Below, one piece after another: positions 18,150-27,312 of a DNA stretch of 64,000 bases (positions within the stretch are counted from its first letter, which is position 1; each line of letters opens with the position of its first letter). The notes under the pieces are model-generated. The model saw only the letters and a list, made by a program, of their open reading frames with translations. It was not told where the DNA came from and made no database searches. Where the stretch lies: assembly GCA_046330305.1 (NCBI GenBank), contig JAXLTA010000009.1, positions 7,349 to 71,348 of the forward strand, read 5' to 3'. This stretch comes from Solirubrobacterales bacterium (GTDB lineage Bacteria; Actinomycetota; Thermoleophilia; Solirubrobacterales; 70-9). Both the position numbers and the translations under genes were made by a program.

Positions 18150-19391
18150 CTACTCCTCGCCGCCGCGCGTCACCTTGCCGCCCTTGGCGCCCGGCTCGAG
18201 CGCCGGGCCCCTGGGCGAGGCGATGCCGAGGACGCGCATCGCCTTGAGGCCGAGGCCGAGCTTCTCGCGGCCTTCGGTCGCCGAGACGTCGTGGCCGCAG
18301 AGCTCGCGCACGCGCTCGAGCCGGTAGCGGATCGTGTGGCGGTGGGTGAAGAGCTGTTTGGCGGTGGCGGCGACGTTGCCGTCGTTGTCGAGATAGGCCT
18401 CGACGGTGGCGACGAGCTCGGTCTCGTACTGCTCGTCGTAGTCGGAGAGCGGTTTGACCGTCTCGGCGTAGAAGCGTTCGAGCTCGCCCGGGTCCTCGCT
18501 CATCGCCGGCAGCAGCAGGCGGTAGGCGCCGGTGTCCTCGAAGGCGAGCACCGGGTGGCCCTCGGCCTCGCCGACGTTGACCGCGAGCCGCGCCTCCGAG
18601 CCGGCACGGTAGAGGTCGACGGGGTCGGCGCAGCGGCGGCTGCGGCCGGTCGTCAGGTGAAAGCCGGGCAGGCCGTCCTCGAGCTCGCGGGAGAGGCCGG
18701 CGGCGGCGCGGGCGAGGCGCTCGTCGTCCTCGGCGGGAACGATCACGGCCAGGTTGGCGGCGCCGTCCTCCCCCGGCTCGAGCGTCGCCAGCGAGCCCGG
18801 CGCCAGCGAGCGCAGGGCGCGCATCGCCAGCGTCATCACGCGCTTGCGCCACTCACCGCTCTGGGCGGCGCGCGGGGCTGCCCGCAGCACCAGCACCCCG
18901 GCGCCGCGGTCGAGGTCGGCGCCGAGCTCGGCGCCGCGGGCGACGATGTCGCCGCGGTCGGTGACGTCGCGGTCGAGCACCGCCGCGACGAAGGCGCTGG
19001 CGACCTCCTCGCTGGCCCACTCGGGCGAGCGCGAGCGCTCCAGCTCCAGTGCCAGCAGCGTCGCCACCATCCGGGCGAGCACCGGATCGGGCGGGGCGCC
19101 GGCCCGGTAGCGCAGCTCGCCCACCGCGGCATCGGCGACCCGCAGCTCCACCCTGGTCACGCCCTCGCCGGCGGAGAGCAGCCGCTGCTCCTGATCGGGG
19201 GAGGCTCCGGCGACGGCGAGAACCGCGCTGGAGCGGTCGATCAGGGCGACGCTGGCGTCCAGCACGCGCGCCGCGGCGCGCGCCACCGCGGGCAGTCCGG
19301 CCCCCGACTCGACCGCTTCGGAAAGCGCCTCGAGCAGGCCGGGATCAGCCGCCCGTGCAGCGCTCTCGCTCTCTTTCGAGGTTGCCGGCAT
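18150..19391 (-). CDS. PucR/CdaR-family transcriptional regulator
   Basis: The C-terminal HTH segment reads LVATVEAYLDNDGNVAATAKQLFTHRHTIRYRLERVRELCGHDV. Confidence 0.8.
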   Translation of the reverse strand: MPATSKESESAARAADPGLLEALSEAVESGAGLPAVARAAARVLDASVALIDRSSAVLAVAGASPDQEQRLLSAGEGVTRVELRVADAAVGELRYRAGAPPDPVLARMVATLLALELERSRSPEWASEEVASAFVAAVLDRDVTDRGDIVARGAELGADLDRGAGVLVLRAAPRAAQSGEWRKRVMTLAMRALRSLAPGSLATLEPGEDGAANLAVIVPAEDDERLARAAAGLSRELEDGLPGFHLTTGRSRRCADPVDLYRAGSEARLAVNVGEAEGHPVLAFEDTGAYRLLLPAMSEDPGELERFYAETVKPLSDYDEQYETELVATVEAYLDNDGNVAATAKQLFTHRHTIRYRLERVRELCGHDVSATEGREKLGLGLKAMRVLGIASPRGPALEPGAKGGKVTRGGEE

Positions 19392-19432
19392 CGCTCCATT
19401 ATCCCCCCGCTGCCCCGCGACCGGGCAGGTGG

Positions 19433-19696
19433 CTACTTGCCGTGGATGAAGTTGAGGATGTCGTTGTAGTAGTAGACGACCGCCAGCCCGATCACGACCC
19501 CGCCGACCAGCAGCGCGGCGAGGACGAAGAGGGCGAGGAAGCCGGCGGCGGTCTTTTCCCAGACCCGACCGTGGGCGCTGAGCGCCGGGCTGAGGATGAA
19601 GACGACGAAGGTGACAAGGCAGATCAGCCCGGCGGCGCCCCAGAGCAGGTACTGGTGCCCGATCCTGGCCAGCGCGTATGGGATGGCGGCGCTCAT
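19433..19696 (-). CDS. Small (87 aa) two-span membrane protein
   Basis: The in-frame ATG is the complement of 19694..19696, inside the junk ORF 19433..21904. The product MSAAIPYALARIGHQYLLWGAAGLICLVTFVVFIL...VVYYYNDILNFIHGK has two hydrophobic spans. Its ATG overlaps the TGA of the upstream gene (ATGA). Confidence 0.5.
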   Translation of the reverse strand: MSAAIPYALARIGHQYLLWGAAGLICLVTFVVFILSPALSAHGRVWEKTAAGFLALFVLAALLVGGVVIGLAVVYYYNDILNFIHGK

Positions 19697-21189
19697 TGGC
19701 GTGGATTGTGGCGCACTCCGGAGATGACCAACCCGACCAGGGCGCAGAAGGAGAAGGCGGCCGCCCCCAGCGCCCAGCCGGCGCTGACGTCGCTGAGGTA
19801 GTGGACGTTGAGGTAGACGCGCGAGAGGCCCACGAGCACGGTCAGGGCGACACCGGTGACGACGACCGCGGTCGCCCGCGCCATCCCGGGCCGCAGCCGC
19901 AGCACGATCGTCACCGCCAGCCAGACGTAGATCACCGAATGCGCGGCGTGGCCGCTGGGGAACGAGGAGCCGGTCGTGTCGACCAGCCGGTCGGGCGGCC
20001 GCGGCCGGTCGACGAGGGCCTTGATCTCGGGGAAGGCGAGCTGGATGATCGTCATCCCGGCGAGCAGGACCCAGAACTCGGTCCAGCGCCGCCGCAGCGC
20101 CAGCAGCACCGCGCAGAGCGCGGCGAGCGCCCAGGTGAAGACGCCCGAGCCGAGCACGGTGACGACCTTGGCCAGCGCCAGCAGGAAGCCGCCGCGCAGC
20201 TGGTCGACCACTTCGAAGGCGGTTTCGTCGCCGGGCGTCGCCCCGGGGTCGCGGCCGACGACGACGGCGTAGGCGATCAGCACGAAGAGCGCCACCGCCA
20301 GCGTCGCCACCAGCGAGGTGAATTCGAGGCCGAAGGTGCCGCCCGGCGTCACCCGGTTCCAGAGGAAGCGCAGCTGCGGCTCGTAGCGGCGGCCGAGCAC
20401 GACCAGCCAGCGCGCCGCAGCGTGCGCCTCCATCCAGCGCACCGCCGCGCGGCGGTTCTCGGCGACGCGGAAGTGGCGGTACAGGAAGACGGTTCCGGCG
20501 ACGATCGCGATCAGCAGGCCGAGCAGGAAGGCCCCTTTGGCGGCGTACTTGCCGGCGGTCTCGATGCTGCGCGAGAAGAGGTAGCCGATCAGGATGTGGG
20601 CACTCGCCCAGAGGCCGGTGCCGAGGATGCTGTAGGGGACGAAGGCGCGGTACCCCATGCCCGAGCTGCCGGCGATGAACGGGGCGAAGGCGCGGACCAG
20701 GCTGATGAAGCGCCCGATGAAGATCGTCTTGCCGCCGTGGCGGGAGAAGTAGTCCTCGACCTTCTCGAAGCGCTCCTGCCCGATCCCGAAGCGCGGGCCG
20801 TGGCGGAGGACGAACTCGCGGCCGAGGCGGCGGCCGAGGAAGAAGCTGGTCGTGTCGCCGAGCCAGGCGGCAAACCAGGCGACGGCGATCAGCAGGTAGA
20901 TGTTGATCACGCCCTGGCCGGCGACGGCTCCGCCGAGCAGCATCACGGTCTCGCCGGGGACGACGAGGCCGACGAAGGCACCGGTCTCGGCGAAGGCGAA
21001 GACCCCGACCAGCAGGTAGGTCCAGCCGCCGAGCGCGTTGGAGACGTCTTCGAGCAGCGACTGCAGGTTGACGCTGCCGAGCTCGCGGCTGAGGAAGAAA
21101 TAGCCGACCGCGACGGCGATCGCCGCCGCCCCGATCAGCAGCTGTTTGCGCCGTCCCTTGCCGCCCCCTCCCTCGCCCGGCAGCTTCAC
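19693..21189 (-). CDS. DedA-family membrane domain fused to a PAP2 (type 2 phosphatidic acid / undecaprenyl-PP phosphatase-like) domain
   Basis: The DedA region reads FAETGAFVGLVVPGETVMLLGG...GRFISLVRAFAPFIAGSSGM. The PAP2 motifs are SFPSGHAAHS and SRVYLNVHYLSDVSAGWALG. Confidence 0.85.
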   Translation of the reverse strand: MKLPGEGGGGKGRRKQLLIGAAAIAVAVGYFFLSRELGSVNLQSLLEDVSNALGGWTYLLVGVFAFAETGAFVGLVVPGETVMLLGGAVAGQGVINIYLLIAVAWFAAWLGDTTSFFLGRRLGREFVLRHGPRFGIGQERFEKVEDYFSRHGGKTIFIGRFISLVRAFAPFIAGSSGMGYRAFVPYSILGTGLWASAHILIGYLFSRSIETAGKYAAKGAFLLGLLIAIVAGTVFLYRHFRVAENRRAAVRWMEAHAAARWLVVLGRRYEPQLRFLWNRVTPGGTFGLEFTSLVATLAVALFVLIAYAVVVGRDPGATPGDETAFEVVDQLRGGFLLALAKVVTVLGSGVFTWALAALCAVLLALRRRWTEFWVLLAGMTIIQLAFPEIKALVDRPRPPDRLVDTTGSSFPSGHAAHSVIYVWLAVTIVLRLRPGMARATAVVVTGVALTVLVGLSRVYLNVHYLSDVSAGWALGAAAFSFCALVGLVISGVRHNPRQ

Positions 21190-22031
21190 GCGAGCGCCTC
21201 CGGAGCGACGATCCCCGCCGCGCAGACGATCGCGTCCTCACGGCCGAGCTCGGCGGCGGCGGCGCGGGCCGCGCCGAGGTCGGCGAAGAGCCCGACCGCG
21301 GTCGGGCCGGAGCCGCTGAGCAGGGCCAGCGGCGCGCCGGCGCCGCGCAGCGCCGCCAGCGCCTCGCCGATCGCCGGCCGCAGCGAGCGCGCCGCCGGCT
21401 CGAGGTCGTTGACGAGCAGCTCGGGATAGGCGAGCGGCGAGGCCCCCGCCCCGGCGACCTCGCGCAGCTGCCCGGCGAGGTGCTCGAGCTCCGCCTCGGG
21501 GCGGCCGAGGCCGAGCCGGTCCGCCTCGGCGAAGACCGCGGCGGTGCTGAGGCCGCCGCCGTCGGGCAGCAGCAGGGCGGCGTGCCCGGCCGGCGCCGGC
21601 AGCGGCTCGACCCGCTCACCGAAGCCGCGTACGAGGGCGAGCGCGGGGCGCAGCTGGGAGGGGACGTCGGCGCCGAGCCGGGCGGCGATCGCCGGCAGCT
21701 CGGCGACCTCGCCGGCGGCCAGCCGCAGCACCGCGGCGGCGTCGCCGCTGCCGCCGCCGAGCCCGGCGGCGACCGGGACGCGCTTCTCGATCTCGATCCG
21801 CAGCGGCCCCCGCGCCCAACCGGCCTCGCGCAGCGCCGCCAGCGCCCGCGCCGCCAGGTTCTCGCCGGCGACGCCGGGACAGCGGACCTCGTCGCGCTCG
21901 GCATCGGTAATCGTGATCAGGTCGGCGAGCGCCAGTGGCTCGAACAGCGAGCAGAGCTCGTGCAGGCCGTCGCCGCGGCGGCGGCCGAGGTAGAGGCAGA
22001 GGTTCAGCTTGGCGGGGGCGTGGACGAGCAT
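21186..22031 (-). CDS. ispE: 4-diphosphocytidyl-2-C-methyl-D-erythritol kinase
   Basis: Contains APAKLNLCLYLGRRRGDGLHELCSLFEP and KRVPVAAGLGGGSGDAAAVL (GHMP kinase motif). It lies immediately downstream of rsmA, as is usual. Confidence 0.9.
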   Translation of the reverse strand: MLVHAPAKLNLCLYLGRRRGDGLHELCSLFEPLALADLITITDAERDEVRCPGVAGENLAARALAALREAGWARGPLRIEIEKRVPVAAGLGGGSGDAAAVLRLAAGEVAELPAIAARLGADVPSQLRPALALVRGFGERVEPLPAPAGHAALLLPDGGGLSTAAVFAEADRLGLGRPEAELEHLAGQLREVAGAGASPLAYPELLVNDLEPAARSLRPAIGEALAALRGAGAPLALLSGSGPTAVGLFADLGAARAAAAELGREDAIVCAAGIVAPEALA

Positions 22032-22034
22032 CGC

Positions 22035-22799
22035 TCAGGCGTCGCCCCCAAGCTTCGCGGACAGGGCGGCGAACTGGCGCGGCGAGAGCGCCTCGGCGCG
22101 GGCGTCCTCGGGCAGGCCGAGCGCGGAGAGCGCCGCCCGCGCCGGCGCCAGGCTGCCGGGCCGGCGGTGCTCGAGCGAGCGGGCAAGCGACTTGCGGCGG
22201 TGCGCGAAGGCGGCGCGGACGAGCTCGCGGGTCGCCGGGTCGGCCGCCGGGCCGCGGCGGCGCAGCCGCAGGATCGCCGACTCGACGCGCGGCCGCGGCT
22301 TGAACACGGCCGGGTCGACGGTCCGCACCAGCTCGACCTCGCAGGCGAGCTGGGCGAGGACGCTCGGCGAGCCGTAGGTGCGGCTGCCGGGAGCGGCTCG
22401 CAGGCGGTCGGCGATCTCACGCTGGACCATCACCGTCCAGCGCGCCAGCGTCGGCAGCTCCTCGATCGTGCGCAGGATCAGCGGCGTCGCCACCGAGTAG
22501 GGCAGGTTGGCGACCATCGCGGTCGGCGCCGGGCGCAGGGCGGCGAGGTCGAGCCGCATCGCGTCGCCCCAGTGCAGGTCGACGCCGGGGTGGGCGGCGA
22601 GTGGCGCCAGCGCCGGCTCGAGCCCGCGGTCGATCTCGACCGTGTGGAGATGGGCGGCGGCCGCCGCCAGCCGCTCGCTCAGCACCCCTTCGCCGGCGCC
22701 CACCTCGAGCACCACGTCCGCGGGCGCCAGCTCGGCGTCGCGGACGATCGCGTCGAGCAGGTTGGGGTCGGCGAGGAAGTTCTGGCCCAACCGCACCAC
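22035..22799 (-). CDS. rsmA: 16S rRNA (adenine1518/1519-N6)-dimethyltransferase
   Basis: Contains LGQNFLADPNLLDAIVRDA, VLEVGAGEGVLSERL and NLPYSVATPLIL. Confidence 0.93.
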   Translation of the reverse strand: MVRLGQNFLADPNLLDAIVRDAELAPADVVLEVGAGEGVLSERLAAAAAHLHTVEIDRGLEPALAPLAAHPGVDLHWGDAMRLDLAALRPAPTAMVANLPYSVATPLILRTIEELPTLARWTVMVQREIADRLRAAPGSRTYGSPSVLAQLACEVELVRTVDPAVFKPRPRVESAILRLRRRGPAADPATRELVRAAFAHRRKSLARSLEHRRPGSLAPARAALSALGLPEDARAEALSPRQFAALSAKLGGDA

Positions 22800-22828
22800 G
22801 GCGTCAGCTTCCTCCGGTCCGCCCGTGC

Positions 22829-23596
22829 CTACCAGCGAAAGAGGCGGCGGGCGTTGGCCTGCACCGTCGCCTCGAGCTCGGCGTAGGAGACGCCGCGAAC
22901 CTCGGCGAGGAGGCGGGCGGTGGCGGTGACATAGGCGGGCTCGTTGCGGCGGCCGCGCATCTCCTGCGGGCTGAGGAAGGGGGCGTCGGTCTCGACCAGG
23001 ATCTGGCTCTCGGGCACCGCGGCGGCCGCCTCCCGCAGCGCCGCCGAGCGCGGGTAGGTGACGTTGCCGGCGAAGGAGCAGTACCAGCCGCGCTCGGCCG
23101 CGTCGCCGACCCGCGCCGGGGCCGAGAAGCAGTGGAGGACGACGGTGACGCCGCCGGCACGCTCGTCGAGGGTGGCAAATATCTCGTCGGTGGCGGCGCT
23201 CTCGCCGTCGGCGTCGCGGGCGTGGATGACCAGCGGCTTGCCGAGCTCGCGGGCGATCTCGATCTGGGCGGCGAAGGCGCGCCGCTGGTCGGCGGGGTCG
23301 GCGGTGTCGCGGTAGAAGTCGAGCCCGGTCTCGCCGATCGCCCGCACCAGCTCGTGCTCGCCGAGCCGGGCGATCGCGGCGGCGGCCGCATCGTCGAAGC
23401 CGCCCGCGTCGTTGGGGTGGCGACCGACCGCGGCGAAGACGGCGGCGTGGCGCTCGGCGGCCGCGACGACCCCCTCGTTGGTCGCCTCGTCGAGGCCGAC
23501 GTCGAGCATCCGCTCGACCCCGGCGGCGGCGGCGTCGGCGACCGCGTCCTCCTCGCTCTTCTCGCAGAGGAAGAGGTGGGTGTGCGAGTCGATCAT
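22829..23596 (-). CDS. tatD: TatD-family metal-dependent hydrolase/DNase
   Basis: Contains MIDSHTHLF, IGETGLDFYR, PLVIHARDA, VLHCFS and ILVETDAPFLSP. Confidence 0.9.
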   Translation of the reverse strand: MIDSHTHLFLCEKSEEDAVADAAAAGVERMLDVGLDEATNEGVVAAAERHAAVFAAVGRHPNDAGGFDDAAAAAIARLGEHELVRAIGETGLDFYRDTADPADQRRAFAAQIEIARELGKPLVIHARDADGESAATDEIFATLDERAGGVTVVLHCFSAPARVGDAAERGWYCSFAGNVTYPRSAALREAAAAVPESQILVETDAPFLSPQEMRGRRNEPAYVTATARLLAEVRGVSYAELEATVQANARRLFRW

Positions 23597-23602
23597 CGCC
23601 AG

Positions 23603-23659
23603 AGCATAGGAACGACGAGACCCCGCGCGCGGGCAGCGCGGGGTCTCGTCGTTCCTATG
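23603..23659 (-). terminator. 25-bp perfect inverted repeat (7-nt loop) between metG and tatD; putative I-shaped terminator or regulatory hairpin
   Basis: GCATAGGAACGACGAGACCCCGCGC (23603..23627) is the exact reverse complement of 23635..23659. On the minus strand the hairpin ends 6 nt before the tatD ATG and begins 60 nt after the metG stop. Confidence 0.4.
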
Positions 23660-23719
23660 CGCCGGTTATCGCCAGCTATCCGCTTGCGCTGAATCGCACA
23701 AGCGTCCAGATCGGAGTCT

Positions 23720-25237
23720 TCAGGACTCGATCTTGGGGAAGAGCGGGGGCACCCGCTCGACCGCCTGGCCGCCGGGGCGCGAGCCGAGCTCGGCCAGGGC
23801 GCGGCCCTCTTCGCCGAGCGCGTCGAGCAGCCTGGCCGCGGTCTCGGGCAGGTAGGGGACGAGCAGCAGAGTCGTCACCCGCAGGCCCTCGACCAGGTTG
23901 TAGAGGACTTCGTCGAGCCGCTCGGGGTCGGCCTCGTCCCGGGCCAGCTCCCACGGCTTCGATTCCTCGACGAAGCGGTTGAGGCGCCGGACCAGGCCCC
24001 AGGCGAGCTCGAGGGCCTGGGTCAGCTCGGCGGTGTCGAGCAGGGCGCTGAAGCGGCCGAGGGCGCCTTCGAAGTCCTCGGCGAGGGTCGCGTCGACCTG
24101 GGCCGGCGGCACGGTGCCGGCGCGGTAACGGTCGACCATCGCCAGCACCCGGCTGGCTAGGTTGCCGAAATCGTTGGCCAGCTCGGTCTCGTAGCGGGCC
24201 TCGAAGCCGGCGGTGGAGATCGAGCCGTCCTGGCCGAAGCTGACCTCGCGGAAGAGATAGAAGCGCAGCGCGTCGGCGCCGAAGCGCTCGATCACCTCGA
24301 ACGGGTCGAGCACGTTGCCCAGGCTCTTCGACATCTTTTTCTCGCCCATCAGGAGGAAGCCGTGGATCACCATCCGCCGCGGCGGCTCGAGGTCGGCGGC
24401 GAGGCAGAGCGCCGGCCAGATCACGGCGTGGAACTTGAGGATGTCCTTCGCCATCACGTGCAGGTTCGCCGGCCAGAAGCGCGGCGTCAGGTCCTCGCCC
24501 TCGCGGGCGAAGCCGAGCGCGGTGACGTAGTTGAGCAGCGCGTCGAACCAGACGTACATGCGCTGCTCGGGGTCCCAGGGCAGCGGCAGGCCCCACTTGA
24601 GGCTCGGCCGCGAGAGCGAGACGTCCTCCAGGCCCTGCTTGATGAACGAGACCGCCTCGTTGCGGCGGAACTCGGGGACGACGAAGTCGGGCCGCGCCTG
24701 GTAGAGGTCTTCGAGCTGCGCCTGGAAGGCGGAGAGGCGGAAGAACCAGTTCTCCTCGCGCACCTTCTCGAGCACGATCTCGTGGATTGGGCAGGTGTTG
24801 CCTGGCCCCAGCTCGCGCTCGGTTTTGAAGTCGGCGCAGCGGGGGCAGTACCAGCCTTCGTAGATCCCCTTGTCGACCCAGCCGTTGTCGTAGACCCGCT
24901 GCATGATCCGCGCCACCCGCTCTTCGTGCCGCGGGTCGGAGGTGCGGATGAAGAAGTCGTTGGAGACGTCGATGATCGGCATCAGCGCTTCGAACTTGGC
25001 CGCGTTGCGGTCGGCCAGCTCCTGCGGCGTGATCCCCTCCCGCTCCGCCGCCGTCTCGATCGGCTCCCCGTGCTCGTCGGTGCCGGTGAGGAAGAAGACG
25101 TCCGCCGCGCGCTGGCGCATGTGCCGGGCGAGCACGTCGGCGGCCATCGTCGAGTACGCGTGCCCGAGGTGGGGCTCGGCGTTGACGTAGTAGATCGGCG
25201 TGGTGACGTAGAAGCTTCCGCTACTCATGCTCGCCAC
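23720..25237 (-). CDS. metG: Methionine--tRNA ligase (short form, no C-terminal tRNA-binding appendix)
   Basis: Contains [31 protein letters not shown] (HIGH region), CPRCADF/CPIH zinc knuckle remnants and KMSKSLGN. Confidence 0.95.
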   Translation of the reverse strand: MASMSSGSFYVTTPIYYVNAEPHLGHAYSTMAADVLARHMRQRAADVFFLTGTDEHGEPIETAAEREGITPQELADRNAAKFEALMPIIDVSNDFFIRTSDPRHEERVARIMQRVYDNGWVDKGIYEGWYCPRCADFKTERELGPGNTCPIHEIVLEKVREENWFFRLSAFQAQLEDLYQARPDFVVPEFRRNEAVSFIKQGLEDVSLSRPSLKWGLPLPWDPEQRMYVWFDALLNYVTALGFAREGEDLTPRFWPANLHVMAKDILKFHAVIWPALCLAADLEPPRRMVIHGFLLMGEKKMSKSLGNVLDPFEVIERFGADALRFYLFREVSFGQDGSISTAGFEARYETELANDFGNLASRVLAMVDRYRAGTVPPAQVDATLAEDFEGALGRFSALLDTAELTQALELAWGLVRRLNRFVEESKPWELARDEADPERLDEVLYNLVEGLRVTTLLLVPYLPETAARLLDALGEEGRALAELGSRPGGQAVERVPPLFPKIES

Positions 25238-25329
25238 GGCACGCTATCGACTCGTCGGACGCTCCCCAGCTGACCCCGACTGGCCCGGCCGTTCTGATCG
25301 GGCCCGCGTTCTCGGCGGTCCCGCCGCCC

Positions 25330-25971
25330 CTACCCGCAGACGGGGCTCTCCGCAACTCTGTCGAGAGGCAGGGAGAAGCTGAACGACCCCAACGCGGTCT
25401 TGCCCGAGATGGTCGAGTCCGTTGACGGGATTTCGGCTACGTAGACATTCGCGTTTGCCGTGATCTGAGTCGGCCGAGCCGCTGTCGTGGCCACCGTGCT
25501 GACCCCGCTCGCGCTATCGGGAAGGACGCCGACGACCACCGACGTCTGACAACCCGGGAAGAGGAGGAACATGCGTCCTTCTTCGGCGCTCGTCAGCGAT
25601 CCACATGTTTCGGCCTGATACTCGGTCGCCACCGAGATGCACAGTTCCTGCCCGAACCGCGCCACCGTCACCTCCCCGGCGGAGGTTTCCGTCGTACCGA
25701 CACTGGAGAGCGGTTCCGCGACGGGCCTGAGCCCGTTGGGGTCTCGGCGCTCGGCGAGCAGCTCTTGAGCCCCCGGAGACAGCGCCGCCTTCGCCGCAGA
25801 GCTGGGATCCGCCAGGATGCCGAATTCCTGCCTCTTGGGACTCGAGGCCGCGTCGCTCGCGCCCGAGGTGAGCGTCACGAGAAGCACCGTGGCCGCGGCG
25901 ACGCCCAGGAGTGCGACGAGGGCCCCGGTGACGCGCGGAGACTTGAGGACGTCAGTCATCGTATTTCCCAT
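25330..25971 (-). CDS. Hypothetical N-terminally membrane-anchored protein
   Basis: One TM span (VTGALVALLGVAAATVLLVTL) is followed by a Ser/Thr/Ala-rich extracytoplasmic domain with 4 Cys. GC3 is visibly lower than in flanking genes. No family recognised. Confidence 0.55.
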   Translation of the reverse strand: MGNTMTDVLKSPRVTGALVALLGVAAATVLLVTLTSGASDAASSPKRQEFGILADPSSAAKAALSPGAQELLAERRDPNGLRPVAEPLSSVGTTETSAGEVTVARFGQELCISVATEYQAETCGSLTSAEEGRMFLLFPGCQTSVVVGVLPDSASGVSTVATTAARPTQITANANVYVAEIPSTDSTISGKTALGSFSFSLPLDRVAESPVCG

Positions 25972-25977
25972 CCCTTC

Positions 25978-26274
25978 CTAGATGCCCGGGCCGTACCAGC
26001 GCTTGCCAAGGCCGGCGATCACGCGCGGCCCGTTGGCCCACTGTTCGACGAAGATCCAGGACCGGGGATACGCTTCGAAGCCAGCCCCGACCACCGCTTG
26101 CGTCCCGCACGCGACCCAGGTGCCGACACCCGAGCCTTCCCGATTCGGGTTCGTGTATTGGGTACAGCCGTCCGCAGAGGCGGACGCTGCATTCGCCGCC
26201 GCCAACCAGGCCCACAGCAATGCCGTCGCAGCGAGGGCGAGGCGGCCGAGCCTCAACACCCCGGTCCCTTGCAT
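25978..26274 (-). CDS. Small secreted protein (~98 aa precursor). The start is uncertain, and the ORF is open up to 26337.
   Basis: Contains MQGTGVLRLGRLALAATALLWAWLAAANAASASA, a signal-peptide-like segment with an AxA site. The mature part is ~65 aa, Trp/Gly-rich, with 2 Cys. GC3 is lower than the genome norm and there is an AT-rich upstream region at 26338..26400. Confidence 0.45.
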   Translation of the reverse strand: MQGTGVLRLGRLALAATALLWAWLAAANAASASADGCTQYTNPNREGSGVGTWVACGTQAVVGAGFEAYPRSWIFVEQWANGPRVIAGLGKRWYGPGI

Positions 26275-26484
26275 CTCCCCTTGCCTTTCTGATCGCGCCT
26301 CGATGACGCCCCTACGGGTCTCGCGCATCGAAGGCATTCGGTGCGCTCAGATAAATCTTATCAATCGGTGTACTCACGTTCATTAAGGCTTGCTTAACCC
26401 AACGCTCGACGTGACCCGTGGCCTGGGGTCCCCAGAGACCGCTGCTCATTGGAGTGCCGTGCCCCCTGAGCGGGGGCGCCTACG

Positions 26485-27312
26485 TCAACGCCTCGCCTCG
26501 CGCCCGGTCAGCGCCTTGTAGAGGTCGTTGGCGCGGGTGCCGGTGAGGGCGGCGACGACCGAGGCGGCGGCGCGGGGGCGGGCGCCGGACTGGACCAGGT
26601 GGCGGAGGGCGTCGACGGCGAAGGCGACGTCCTTGTCGTGCTCGGCGGTGGCGGCGGGGCCGATCACGAGGACGATCTCGCCCTTGACGTCGCCGCGGAA
26701 GCGGCGGGCGAGCTCGCCGAGGGTGCCGCGGGCGACCTCCTCGTGGACCTTGGTCAGCTCGCGGCAGACGGCGGCCTCGCGGTCGGGGGCGAGCTGGGCG
26801 AGGGCGGCGAGGCTCTCCCCCACCCGTCGCGGGCTCTCGAAGGCGATCACGGTCTCGGCCGAGCGCAGGACCCGCTCCATCTCCCCCGCCCGGCGCGGCA
26901 GGAAGCCCTCGAAGCGCCAGCGGTCGGTCGGCAGGCCGGAGGCGACCAGGGCCACCGGGACGACCGAGGGGCCCGGCAGGACGACGACCTCGAGGGCGCG
27001 GTCGATGCAGCGGCGGATCAGCTTGAAGCCGGGATCGGAGATGCCCGGCATGCCGGCGTCGGAGACGAGGGTGACGACGTCGCCGCGCTCGATCCGCTGG
27101 GAGAGCTCGGTCGCCCGGGAGCTTTCGTTGCCCTCGTGGTTGGAGACCAGCCGCGGGTGAGGGCGGATGCGGAGGCGGTCGAGCAGCGCGCCGGTCTTGC
27201 GGGTGTCCTCGCAGGCGATGTAGTCGGCGCTGACCAGCGCCTCGCGGATCCGCGGGGTGACGTCGTCGAGGTTGCCGATCGGAGTGGGACAGACGACCAG
27301 CCGCCCCGGCAT
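26485..27312 (-). CDS. rsmI: 16S rRNA (cytidine1402-2'-O)-methyltransferase
   Basis: The in-frame ATG (complement of 27310..27312) lies inside the junk-extended ORF 26485..28188. The product reads MPGRLVVCPTPIGNLDDVTPRIREALVSADYIACEDTRKTG...LVSDAGMPGISDPG. Confidence 0.92.
   Translation of the reverse strand: MPGRLVVCPTPIGNLDDVTPRIREALVSADYIACEDTRKTGALLDRLRIRPHPRLVSNHEGNESSRATELSQRIERGDVVTLVSDAGMPGISDPGFKLIRRCIDRALEVVVLPGPSVVPVALVASGLPTDRWRFEGFLPRRAGEMERVLRSAETVIAFESPRRVGESLAALAQLAPDREAAVCRELTKVHEEVARGTLGELARRFRGDVKGEIVLVIGPAATAEHDKDVAFAVDALRHLVQSGARPRAAASVVAALTGTRANDLYKALTGREARR

Noticed and set aside
19697-21904. N-terminal extensions of track ORFs such as 19433..21904, 26485..28188, 27312..29153, 27738..29570, 53500..55857 and 57996..60374
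   Set aside because: Only the distal parts translate into recognisable proteins (the small membrane protein, RsmI, ROK kinase, LCP, Mdh and DUF559). The upstream extensions are Arg/Pro/Gly junk that overlaps neighbouring real genes, so I chose internal start codons.
25978-26274. Lactococcin-972-like bacteriocin precursor
   Set aside because: The only support is a vague resemblance (small secreted Trp/Gly-rich peptide, a GVGTW segment, and a downstream membrane protein). There is no ABC transporter or immunity-type polytopic protein, and I cannot align it from memory. I keep it as a hypothetical.
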